This document shows, in pieces, positions 46,887 through 57,948 of a stretch of 64,000 nucleotides of DNA; the stretch's first letter is position 1, and the number at the start of each line of letters is the position of its first letter. The stretch comes from Klebsormidium nitens. Lineage: Eukaryota; Plantae; Klebsormidiophyceae. The DNA is taken from contig DF236972.1 in NCBI GenBank assembly GCA_000708835.1, positions 248,001 through 312,000 on the forward strand. Reading direction: 5' to 3'. Position numbers and translations under genes: made by a program. The notes under the pieces were generated by a model that was given only the letters and a program-made list of their open reading frames with translations, was not told the origin of the DNA and searched no databases.

Positions 46887-47737
46887 CTTGAACAAGCACT
46901 AATTGAACACTGGTGCTTCTGCTGTCTAATCTGATAGAATATTATAGACTGGAGGGCGCCCCATGCCCCAATTTTTCTAAAATGTGCAGTGTTGGTTCCA
47001 AAACTTTGCACGCTCCTGCATTCTAGGTTGCGGCCAAATCTATCCTTTCTTTCTTAATCGGCTGAACCCTAAAGCCTTGTGAATAAAGGCGCGTGAAATA
47101 CGCCTTGCTTTGGAGTCATCTGCACCGATCGGTTCTACGAGACAAACCCATCAGATTCTTCAGTCAGCATGATTGTAAGACTATGGAAGCAATGCTGAGC
47201 TCCGATGAAGCTTTCAGCTGTTCTACAGTCAATTCAATGCTGCCTTCGCAGCCACCATCGTTCAGCAATGAAAGGACCAATTGGGCCTCTAGCTAAGAAA
47301 GCTTTCCACCTCAAGGTTAAGCTAAGCACTAGTCGCGCCGCTGGCCATTGTGCTCAATGGCTCCAAACCAAGCCACTGGGCACTGCGTTGATGGGACAAG
47401 GGGAAGCGCCAAGGTGGTTCAAAGAGCAGATTGCAATGCTACTTGCCTCGAAATCACCCTGAGCATCAGCACATGCACAGCAAATCCATGCTCGTGAACC
47501 AAGATCGTGCTTATTCATCAAGCGGATATTACGGAGGTGCTTTGCAATGTAACTTGGCACATAAGCGCCTAGCAGCGTTACCCCCACTTTATGCTGGACG
47601 GCGTCTCAGAGTATTCTGTGTCCCAGAACTCGTGCCTTCCTTCAAGTTCTGCCTTGATCTGGAGTTCTGGACCTGAAGGCTGAAGTACGAAGTTGGAATT
47701 GAATCGGGAATCAAATCGAGCGTCAAGGGAAGGGGAA
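46887..47737. promoter_or_regulatory. Probable bidirectional promoter between PAT11-like (-) and OST3/6 (+)
   Basis: Head-to-head ATGs 851 bp apart. A telo-box-like AACCCTAA near 47064 and a site-II-like TGGGCC near 47282. Confidence 0.5.
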
Positions 47738-50119
47738 ATGGCGCTCCTGGTGCGCCTGGCTGCCGCCCTGGCGCTGCTGCTCCTTCTCCCTCCAGCAGCT
47801 CTCGCTTTCAACGAGCGCGCTGAAGACCTGCTGGATCTGCAGCAGGGCTCGCGCGATGGAGTGATTCATTTCAAGGAGGACAGCTTCGATCGATATGTGC
47901 GCGGCTCCGAGCCCCGAGGATACTCGTTGGTGCTCTTCTACGCAGCAAAACAGGTTGCAGACAAGCCGGAGTTGGGGATGCCTGCTCTGCGGAAGGACTT
48001 TGGCCTAGTCGCACAGAGTTATCAGAAGACGCATAAGGGGACGCCAGAAGAGCTCCTGGTCTTCTTCGCAGACGTGGAGTTCTCAGAGAGCCCGAATGTG
48101 TTTGCTGATACGGGGGTGAATGCGGTGCCGCACATCAGGCGGTTCCCGTCGGTCGGAGATGGCAGCGCCGGAGAGGATGTGAGGGATCCTGATCTCATAG
48201 ATGCCTTCTGCTACCGCTGAGTTTTTCCCTTGAGAACCTGGGGAATGTAAGTTCACTAAGTGCTAATTGAATTTTGAGTGCTAGTGATTGGCCACCTACA
48301 TTTGTGAGCCAATCAAGAATGACGACTTCCTAGAGATTGAAAGGCTTCCATTCCCAATCCTAGTAATCAGGTAATGCGGCGCATTCTCATACCACCTCTG
48401 GTGTGTGGCAGCGCTTAGCAATGCAACTGCGCAACCATTGTTCATATCAGTCTGGGCGGTGGCATCTGACGCTACGCACGCTCAGGACAGAACTGCTTGA
48501 GACAAGCGTAATGTTGAGCAGTCAGTAAGAGACCATTGGATTGGTTTTTCCGCTCTGTCTATACTGTCTGCCTTTGTACAATTGCTCTCCTAAATGGCAG
48601 ATGCTTCAAGAATGGTCAAAGAGCGCTCGCTGAGACAACGCCGATGTTTCAGATGACGGCGTGTAACAAAAGCCCTCTGCCTTTGAAACTTTGTGGCAGT
48701 GCTTTGATAAGTAGCTACAGTGGAAGCACAGAAGGATCGCCTTCGACAGATACTTTTCAAATGAAAGCAAGGTTTACTTTAACCTAAAGCAATTAATGAT
48801 CAGAAGCAATCGTCATGAAAGTTTAGATCATCAAATGCTGTTGAGAAGCAGCTCAGTACAAAGTTGCAGCGGAGCAAGTACTATCAATAACTGCTAGTAA
48901 AATGGTGGTGCGACCAGTGACGTTTCCAGCTCCTCTCGTTTGCGACTCTTTTATTCCGCATAGCCTCAGGCTTGTCCTGATTGAGGCCTGCGTGCAATGC
49001 AAAGCTTTTGCTTTAAGATGCTTCCTGTTGATCCAATTTGCAAGCAAGGAGTCATTTATGAAGACTCTGGAATCACACAATGTTGCAGTGGGGCAAGGCG
49101 CTGTGGTCCACCATGATGCTCCACTCAGTCTCATTGTCAGGGGGGCCTCGATTGCTTTTTGTCCTCCACTCATGCAACTCTAGTCAGCTTCTTCGTCTAA
49201 ACAAGGTGTATACTGGCTCCGATCGGACTCTCGTTGACAGCGGGTGACACTTCAATTAAGCCCCCTAAATCCCCTCCTTGCGCCTTTGCTTTTGCACTTA
49301 TGCAGACAGTCAATTTGATCCATCACACAACCAAGTATCTTGCACTTGATGTTTTGTTTTTTAAAACCTGGTTTTTCTGCACCGACATCCTGCTCTTACA
49401 CTCCTTCTAGGATCGATCCCTTCGTACACGCAAACGTGTTTCCATCCACATCGAGCAGAACACCAAGCAAGCGCTGCCATTCCAGATGAACTTTTCAGGC
49501 TGGACATCCGTCTTAATGATTGCAGACTGATCTCTCAGTTGTCCCTTCTCTGCAGACGTTTGACCTGAACTCATTCCCCCGCACCGCGGAGGGCATCGCC
49601 AGCTTCGTCGAGGCGCGCACCAAGCTCAAGGTCGGCGAGATCGTGCGGCCACCCCCGCTCTCGAAGCTCCAGGTGTCCCTCATCCTGGCTGCCGTCCTTC
49701 TTCTCGGGCCCTACATCGGTTACAAAGTGCTCTCGCTCCCCGCCGTTCAAGAGCCAAAGCTCTGGGCCATTGCCGCAATTGGGGTGTACTACTTCTCCGT
49801 CAGCGGAGGCATGTATAATATCATCAGAGGGATCCCTTGGGCGACCGCCGACGAGCGCGGGAAGCCCGTGTTTTTCCACCAGGGGCAGGGGTACCAGCTC
49901 GGGGGGGAGGGCTTTTACGCCGGGCTGTTCTACCTGGTGACGAGCCTCCTGCTGTTCATCATGACGTATGTTGTGCCGCGCTTGAAGAGCAAGTCGTCGC
50001 AGCGCATCTGGTCGGCAATCTGCCTGTTCCTAGGATTCTGGGTGGTAACTCAGTTTGTGGCGTTGTACAAGTGGAAGTCTGGGTACTACGTGCACGGTTA
50101 TTGGCCGAGGCGGCGATAG
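47738..50119 (+). CDS. OST3: Oligosaccharyltransferase subunit OST3/OST6 (MAGT1/TUSC3 family). Exons 47738-48178, 49556-50119
   Basis: Signal peptide; thioredoxin-like lumenal domain (GVIHF, PRGYSLVLFYAA, FFADVEFSES, GVNAVPHIR); phase-0 intron; FVEARTKLKVGEIVRPP, FSVSGGMYNIIRG, QLGGEGF, WKSGYYVHGYWP. Closely follows plant OST3B as recalled. Confidence 0.95.
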
Positions 50120-50658
50120 GCATGGAGGTAGACGCTTCTAGCGACTTACAGGCAGCAATTTACGGTCTGAGGATACCGGACCCCTGTTTTGGACAGATCG
50201 TTCAAGGTAAGGAATTGGTCAGAAAGGGACTACTAAAACAAATCATGTGTTTGTTTTCTTAGACTTCGATTCGGAAGGCAGGGAAGAACGTTTCTTGCTG
50301 AATTCGACTGTAATGATTCAAATCCTATGGTTCTTCCAACCGGGATTGCAGGCCACATATAATGTATGTGTGTTATCGTCTACTCTCGAGTGCCGCGCGC
50401 ATCATGGCATGTTATGCGAATACGTGTGACCAAGTTAGTATGGCAGCGCGACAGAGAGCTGCGCAGGCCCATATTTCCAATGGTGTGCTCCGACCCCGGC
50501 TCTAGGCCATGACAGTGAGGCTTCCAGTCGAAAACGGATTCAAGCGCATACAAACGATTACTCTCATACGTTGCTTAGGGCATGGGGGCCTCATACAGCT
50601 AGCTCCGACTATTGACCTGTTCAATGACTGCAGCGACTCGCAATCGAAGCGCCGCAGG

Positions 50659-51679
50659 CCCGGGGTGGCAACTCCCAGTTTCAAAACATGGTATCTGCGG
50701 ATTAAAACAAGGGGTTTGGCCGTTTTGAAACTTTAAAACTGCCTTTTAAAACGTTTTAAAACAGTTTTAAAACGGCATGAAAAGTCCAATTTGTAGAAAT
50801 TTCCTTGTTTTTATGGCGGCTGTCGGCTTGTCAAGAGCTCGTATGCCGCATCCATGCACTTTTATGTATATTAGGGTGACAAAACAGGCCAAAAGAGGCA
50901 TGTCCTGGGCTCGGATTTCCACCGCGGAAGCGTCGCGGGAATGTTTGCGGAAAGCGCGGAAGCTATTGCGGAAGAGCGCGGGAATTTGCGGAAAGATGCG
51001 GAAGATTGCGAAAGCTTGTAGAAACCTTGCGAAGCCTATGCGGATTGGAAAGGCCCGGATAGACGCGGAATGCGCGGATGCTTGCGGAAGCACTTGGATG
51101 CTTGCGGAAGCGTGCGGAACTCTATGCGGATCTAGTTCGCGGAAGTATGAAGTGCATACAAAAGCTATATGGTACCCTAGAAACATGAGGGCCATATACG
51201 CGGCGAAGACAGCGGAAGCATAGTGGAAAGTATGCGGAAGCGCGGACCAACTGCAGAAGCAGCGCGGAAGAGCCGCGGAAGCTTTGCGGAAACACGCGGA
51301 AACTGCTTCCACCGCGGAAATCCAAACCCAGGACATGCCTCAGAAGGGCCTCGGGTTGTCGCCTTTCCTTGTTTAAATACACTTTATAGGCGTTTAAAAA
51401 CGTTTTGCTGTTTTGTTTGTTTTATAAAACGGGCTATTTTGAAGTCCGCCTAACCCGCAGATACATGTATTAAGATTTTGGCGTTTTTAAATGTTTTAAA
51501 ACCGTTTTACTTTTTGTGGGGGGGGCCAAATTTCAAAACGAGTAGTGTTTTAGAAACTATAGACGAAGGGCTATACGATGGTCAGAAACAAAACATTGGA
51601 TGCATTTGGTTTTCCGTCGTTTTGGATGAAGGCAAAATAAAAACGCTCTCTATTTTAAAACTGGAGTTGCCACCCCGTG
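50659..51679. mobile_element. Non-autonomous hAT-superfamily DNA transposon (1,021 bp)
   Basis: Perfect 8-bp TSD GCCGCAGG (50651-50658 and 51680-51687). TIR C(C/A)CGGGGTGGCAACTCC(C)AGTTT(C/T)AAAA at both ends. Subterminal TTTTAAAAC arrays. No transposase ORF. Confidence 0.9.
50895..51341. repeat. Internal inverted-repeat cassette filled with GCGGAA direct repeats
   Basis: GAGGCATGTCCTGGGCTCGGATTTCC ... GGAAATCCAAACCCAGGACATGCCTC (26 bp, 2 mismatches), enclosing more than 20 co-oriented GCGGA(A) motifs. Confidence 0.85.
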
Positions 51680-53232
51680 GCCGCAGGCTTGGCCTGCATG
51701 GTTGGTATTGTCGCACATGATCAAGCTGCAAACATTGGAATCAGCCCCAGTGCATGCAAGCATCATGAATTTGATATGTACGTGCGGGCAAGGAGCAGTT
51801 ATACACGTGCATGGCCCGAACACCATTAAGTAATTACAGTTTGCGTACTAGGTTGATCAGGTGACCGGACAGTGAGACGGCCGCGGTTGAGCCTGCTCTT
51901 TGATTGGATCATGTACATGGTAATTCCGGGCCCGCGAGCCATGACACCGTCAATCCGATCACTGATGTGCTAAAAACCAGAATTCTATCGGAACATGTGA
52001 TCGACACTGTGCTCCACACCTGTACCCGATCATGGCATCCGGCGCGGCTACACCCCAAAGCCCGGCCCAGCCCACCCCGGCGTCCCGGCCCCCAGCACGA
52101 CTCAATTGACCCGATTACATCGATATGTTGAGTTATGTGATTAATCACACAACTCAACATATCTGTAACTCCCTTTTATCACATAACTCAACATATTTGT
52201 AACTCCCACATAAATTTGAAAATCTTGCAGCCCGCTGATTGCATGATTGTCACTGTCATGATAACTTTGCTCGCGAGCCGCGCCCCGTGACAAATGACTT
52301 CTGAGTGGACAGAGTTTCATCTCGATCAAATTTTCAAAGCTGTCACTATGCTGGGAAGGTCGCTGTGTCAACAGCAAGCACGAATAGTTGCGTACGTGGG
52401 ACGACTCACTAAGTTTGCCTTTGCGGTCGACCTAGATTCAAATCGTGGGTTATTAAGGTCTTAGCATTTAGCAACGGATCAATAGTAGCTATTTAACTTC
52501 GCAAGACATCTACCAAAATTCACAAATATACACGCAGAAAAGCTAGGCCCCGCCATGACGCTGTCTGGCGCTGTTCAGTCGATTCATCAACTTAGGCTAC
52601 ATGATTTTCTACCACTGACACCAAGCGGCCAGTTATTCCTGATGCTCCTGGTGCTTGTTGCTGGCCTTGCCCGGTAATGGCGGCTGCAAAACGAGAGCGA
52701 CCGTGACCCGTTATCTTCAACTGTCGGAGCTACGTTTGAAACGGTCGAGAATCGGACGAAGGACTCTGAATGCCATCGTAGCCACTTCTCTAGCACCAAA
52801 ACCGTTAATTTGGCACTGCCAGACACCACATGTCAACCACGAGTTCGTCACTAACTTGACGGAAGAAAGCCGTACAAAGGATGTGTGCGGTCCAAAGGCT
52901 GTCACAAGACACAAAGGCCACCTCTGGGCTTGCAACGATCATGCCACACGGCCAGCGCAAGGCAGGCTCTACGCTTGAGCCGGTTCTCGCATTGAACAGT
53001 ATGCTCTGGCGTCTTTGCACAGGCGAATCTTATGCACCTCGTCTAAGGCAGGCTAACTTCGTAGCGTGTTGCCATGGAAGGCAGGAATAGAGGAATTTGC
53101 ATCTTACATCAAACAGAGCCCTCGTTGGTTTGGTGGTCATTGATCTGAAGAGCTTTCTCGACAATAATACCATGTCAATGAAACTTCCCGCTTCACCAAG
53201 CACTTAATGCTTCAAACGCAAAACACTCTTAC

Positions 53233-53990
53233 CAGCAAGCCGAGGCTCCTTGTTCGTGCAAGTGATTGGGGCATCCGATCTGGAGTATGTGACGGTGCAC
53301 TTCTGGTCTGCAGAAGACACAAAGTTCCAAAGGGAAACTGGTGAGATTGACACAAGAGATTGAAGATCGTTAATATACAAGTACTTGAATTTCCCCCGTC
53401 TCGTATGCAAGTATCAAGTGCCAAGCTGGTTGACTCGATACTAAAAAGGGTTGCTGGATCATACTCGTATCTGCTTTGCAAGTAAAGATAAGGACATTCA
53501 GAATCGAGCAAACCAGTGACTTCAGATTTTAGTGATTGAGCAGATCGATCTAGGGGAGATCCAGGACACGGCCCGTCAGAGATTTTACTTTGAAGGATCA
53601 AATTAAAGCAGTAGGCTTGAGTATGTAAGTAAGCCCATCTGACAGAATGCTGATCAAATAATATATTTTTAGTTGTGTATGTTGATAGCAACGAGAAAAC
53701 AACACCTTGTAAAAACCCAGCCCACACGAAAATGCCTCCCTTTGCAACCAAAGCTGGACGCTGGTAGCCCAGACAGAAGATTGATACGGGCAGGCAATCC
53801 TGAGCCTTTACCTGTTTGCTCATAATGTCCATATGACTACTTCCTGAGGGTATTGCCATGGAGTTGAGGGATTCAGTTAGCCTTACCGCCCGACTGCTTT
53901 GCAACTTCACCACTGGTTGTGCTTTTGGAGCCTCCTCTATGTTTGCCAGGTGGGGGGCGTTAGGCTTCCGAGGTCGCCGGAGCAGGGGCG
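53233..53990 (-). CDS. Putative spliced orphan membrane protein; gene ends unresolved
   Basis: The frame is open from about 53990: ESAEVTPLLRR (dileucine-like motif), a hydrophobic segment GGIFVWAGFLQGVVFSLLSTY, then a Cys-containing domain. Candidate 77-nt intron 53384-53308 (A|GTACTT...CTTCTGCAG|) and a 75-nt exon 53307-53233 (QKCTVTYSRSDAPITCTNKEPRLA) ending in G|GTAAGA. Confidence 0.45.
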
Positions 53991-54665
53991 TTACCTCAGC
54001 AGACTCCTGGTACTGTCCTCAAACTCCGGCTCACCGTGTCTCTCCGAGTAGTTGAAGCTGCTCATTGCTTCTAAATTTGCTCTTAAAGTTGCTGACTGTA
54101 GTGATCAAGATGCAAAAGACTGCATTTGTTAGTTACTTATCAACCTGCAAAATGAACGTCGAAGGCGAGTCTGGCACGAAACAATTCTCATTCGCTCGCA
54201 TGCTTCTGGTGTAGGAGACACTTCCCTTAAGAAATATATCGGGACTATATCACAACCTGTGCATTGCTATTGTGGGTCATTCTTCTCTGAAAGCAGTCTC
54301 AAGTATCAGCATGGCAGCGGTGACATGCGGCATCAAATCATTTCCAAACAATCTGGAAAGAAGATAAGGCCTTGGTTGGTAGAGTTTTGTAAACCCAAAC
54401 CAACCAGATTGAAAGTTACTGCAAATCTTGCAAGTGCATTATATTTTCGAAGCAAAGCCTGGGATCCATGAGTACTCCAAGCACCCACTACTCTGTAAAT
54501 TCTTTTGGATAGGACTGAAAAGTACATGACTATAGTTTCAATGGCATCTATTATCAAAGATATGATTCCATAGACTGTCAACAGAACCCACCTCAATGTC
54601 ATCATGTGCCCATTGATGTTCCAAACTGCTCAACCTTCTGATTCCAGGGTCTTGAAGGTCTGGCC

Positions 54666-55904
54666 TCAGGTCGGGGGCGGGCTTCCTAGCAAACCATCAT
54701 TGCCTATCCCCTCCATCGGTCTGTTAGCCAACACCCTCAACGACCAGGCAATGTCCTTTGCTACCGCTTCCTTGTCAGTCTTTTTGGCAATGTCATCTTC
54801 TGACTTTTGAGCTAGGTCCAGCAATCCTTCTTGAAGCTTTCTGAACCTCGTAAACTCACGCTGTACTCCCCAAATAGTCTGTGCCACAGATATGGAAATG
54901 ACACCCAGGAAAGGGAGAGGGACTGTGCGGATAACAGATCCGGCGTGTGGCAAGCGCATTTTGCAAAAGCATTCTGCGCATGCTGACCAAGTTGCCCCCA
55001 CCATAGCAATGGTTAGAAGGAGGACAAACAAGCTTATCAAAGATAAGGGTGCCTCAGTTAGGGCGTTGACTAAGAGCTGAGAGTAAAAGCGCCAAGTCCA
55101 TTGCAAGTACTGCCTCCTGCGCTTTTTGGCTCGGGCACTTATCGTTGTATCCATAAATATTTGTTGCAGGCTTTTGATGTTCTCTCCCTGAAGGTAGGCT
55201 CTGTATATTGCCAACTCCCTTACGGCAATAGCCACAGCCTGCCCTTGAGAAGCGGCAAATGTGAGAAGCGCAGAGCCTACTGACACGAGCGCAAAAGTGA
55301 TTGCAACTAATAATTGCTGGTAAGTCTGGATGTTTGCGCCTGTAGTACAGTTTCCTAGCAGATTCATGGCTGCCCTTCGTGCCGCCACCTCAGGCATTAA
55401 GCCCCTCAGAGAGCTCTCATTGAAAAAGTCTGTATTGATAAGGACAGAGACCGGTTGACCTCTTCGCTTGCACGCCAGGCTTTTGAATCCCCCTTCAGGG
55501 GAGATTTGACAATGTGTCAATTGGTCCCCTAGCCTTGGGCTGTTGCAGCAAGATGGCTGGACGTCAGTCAAGAGCTTGGTGCAGCACTCATTCCGGTCAG
55601 GACTCCAACTCACGGAAGGGATACAACAGTTCTTGTTCTCAAAAAGCTTGCTGCTGTAGAAGAAGGCGAAGCAGAATGTGCACAAGGTCCCATAAATGGA
55701 GAAGGTCGTGAAGATCCTTGACAAGCCCTGGTCTACCTTGCCCTTGCTCTCATCGAAGAACGTCTTGACATTTTCTTTCAAGACTTCCGGCCGGCTGATG
55801 CTCTTAACATCTGCAGCATTCCCTCCTAGCGCCTGGACGTCGCTTTCAATCAAAGGCGGCTCCATTGCTGACCCGTCCTGATGAAAAGCAGGCTGAGCCG
55901 CCAT
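54666..55904 (-). CDS. Orphan multi-pass (about 4 TM) membrane protein with a Cys-rich first loop, 412 aa single ORF
   Basis: 1,239-bp uninterrupted ATG-initiated ORF with four hydrophobic segments. The loop after TM1 has CC-x12-CC-x9-CC and three more Cys; there is a basic KKRRR loop. Confidence 0.7.
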   Translation of the reverse strand: MAAQPAFHQDGSAMEPPLIESDVQALGGNAADVKSISRPEVLKENVKTFFDESKGKVDQGLSRIFTTFSIYGTLCTFCFAFFYSSKLFENKNCCIPSVSWSPDRNECCTKLLTDVQPSCCNSPRLGDQLTHCQISPEGGFKSLACKRRGQPVSVLINTDFFNESSLRGLMPEVAARRAAMNLLGNCTTGANIQTYQQLLVAITFALVSVGSALLTFAASQGQAVAIAVRELAIYRAYLQGENIKSLQQIFMDTTISARAKKRRRQYLQWTWRFYSQLLVNALTEAPLSLISLFVLLLTIAMVGATWSACAECFCKMRLPHAGSVIRTVPLPFLGVISISVAQTIWGVQREFTRFRKLQEGLLDLAQKSEDDIAKKTDKEAVAKDIAWSLRVLANRPMEGIGNDGLLGSPPPT

Positions 55905-55926
55905 CTGGCTTCACCATCTGGATTTA

Positions 55927-56209
55927 CCCGTAGTCCAACCCGAACGATTTTAGTTCGAGTTATTTTCCGACAATCCGACCAGGAAAGCGGATTTATATAT
56001 GCTGATTCCGACAAAATTCGAATGCCCTATGTTCACACTTGGAAGAGGATTTTAGAGGCTGTTTTGGCCATTTTGGGGCTTCCGAGGACCATTCCAGAAT
56101 TATTTTAACCTTTCCGAATTCCCACTTTCCGAACGGGAAATCCGAATTTGTGACTTTCCGAATACAGATAATTATTTAACTTTTCGGAATCATTACCTTG
56201 GACTACGGG
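55927..56209. mobile_element. MITE, Tc1/mariner-like (TA target duplication), 283 bp
   Basis: TA|CCCGTAGTCCAA ... TTGGACTACGGG|TA, a perfect 12-bp TIR. Interior is rich in TTCCGA repeats. Confidence 0.88.
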
Positions 56210-56304
56210 TACCTATGACGAACTTACTTCAAAATTACCGGCTGTACGGTACTGATTATCTGGAATTTCAACTTTCAAGTGACAAGTCACAAGAGTCCCG
56301 CGAT

Positions 56305-56502
56305 CAGGGGTCGGCATAAATATTGACGGGGTCGGCTCGAGGCTCGAAGCCGGGTACCCAGGCTTCCAGTCGGCATATCACAAGTTTGCGGCCATTTTAC
56401 CCGGCTTCAACCCCGCGCCTCCAGGTATGGGCCGGCTCTTCAGCCGGGTACTTCTCATTGCACTACCTATTGTAGTCGGCTTTTTGAAATTTTAGACCCC
56501 CC
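56305..56502. mobile_element. Possible decayed hAT-like MITE
   Basis: Starts CAGGGGTC and ends GACCCCCC, with internal GTCGGC/AGCCGGG repeats. No TSD recognised. Confidence 0.3.
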
Positions 56503-57948
56503 CGCTCAGTGGTTTGGCCGATCGCAGCGAGCGCGCGCTAGCTTCCTATAGCCGACGGCGACAGTCGACTCGGACCCCGAGTTTCATGCGGCTGTCTCGC
56601 CGGTCGGGCATTTGGAGTCTGCCAATTGACGAATACATATACCTATAATACCGGTAGTCCAAGTACCTACCGTACCGGTATTTGATTTCGGCACCTTCGA
56701 CGTCGATTCTTCTCTATGAAACTTTTCAACCTTTCTGCAGTTGAAGGGTTACTTGCTAAGAGAACCGGTATGGATATTCTATGTACGGCCTAGGCAAAAC
56801 AATTCTAAAATGTGTCTTAGGTGCCAGTGAACTGCATTATGCATCCTAGCTAGGCTCTCATGCAAGGCACCTCTCTTTGAAGGCTGCATCAGCTAGGCAG
56901 CACTAGGCTGCAAGTTCTTGCAAGATCGAAGCGACCGACAGCTAGAGCCTAGTAGTAAGCTTTACGCTAGTACTAATATAAGAATGTGGACATGATGTTG
57001 GCCGTAGCTTAGCAGGAGCTACCGCGGTATATAGTGTAGATGCCGTTGAGTTGTTCATGCAGCTCGAGACTCGTTGTCAGATCGTTGTAGGAACGCGTCC
57101 CCTATGCAATGCGTCCGGTCCATGCGAAGTATGCCACTGTACCCGCATCACTACCCCATGCCCTTGATTTGCACACCAGCTTTGAGATCTCAAGAAGCGT
57201 TCGAAGACAATGATGATATTACATAGGCCATTCGATATTATCAGTATTGTGATTACCCGTACATACCTATAGGTTGACTGGATACAACCGTCGGTATATT
57301 TATTTATCCCCAGTATATCATAGCGCATGCATGGGATCGATGCTATCTAATATTTTCCGCACAACAATACTTGTAAGGAAGTCGGCGTCCAACGTCTCCA
57401 GCCCTTGAATTTGAATATAACGAATATGTTTGTCAATGGACCGTGCTTTATGTGAGCAGAACAAGTCTGCCATACCCGGAAAAGGCGTGCTCGTCGACAC
57501 AAAACGGTAATATGCGCAATTCTTTGACTCTGGAACATGGGCTGCCGCGACAGCAATACAAAAGCAGCGGTTTCGTCTATGAACGCCGATGCTCAACTCC
57601 TCATCAAACACCAAGCGCGGAATCTAAAGTCAGTTGCCTGCATAGGCTTTCAGCCTCAACGGAAGCAGACACCGGTTCCGCAACCAAAACCCTGCAAACA
57701 AAGGAAAGGCCGAGCGACGTAAGAACAATCCTCGAAATTGCGCCTCAAAGACTGTCATTTCCATCTCCAAACTAGTTTGCACCGGAGCAGTAAGCAGTTT
57801 CCGCGGCTACACTGGTCTACCACGTCCCTAGCTGCGGATGTTCTTCTAAGGTTCCGCCTCTTGAATAAAGTTGAAGTGGGCAGCTTGCTCTTCAAGGCCC
57901 TGTCTATGACCAAAATTGTCCTTGACATCAGTGGTCAACGGGCAGCAA

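Noticed and set aside
47900-48000. OST3/6 lacks the CxxC redox motif
   Set aside because: This is already known for plant OST3/6 orthologs, so it is not novel.
50767-51453. Overlapping ORFs on both strands (148-189 aa)
   Set aside because: They are by-products of the GCGGAA repeat array inside the hAT element; no transposase motifs.
57077-57614. Two short minus-strand ORFs with protein-like stretches (IRYIQIQGLETLDADFLTSIV; VRVITILIISNGLCNIIIVF)
   Set aside because: No coherent splice model or recognisable family; may be UTR or decayed sequence.
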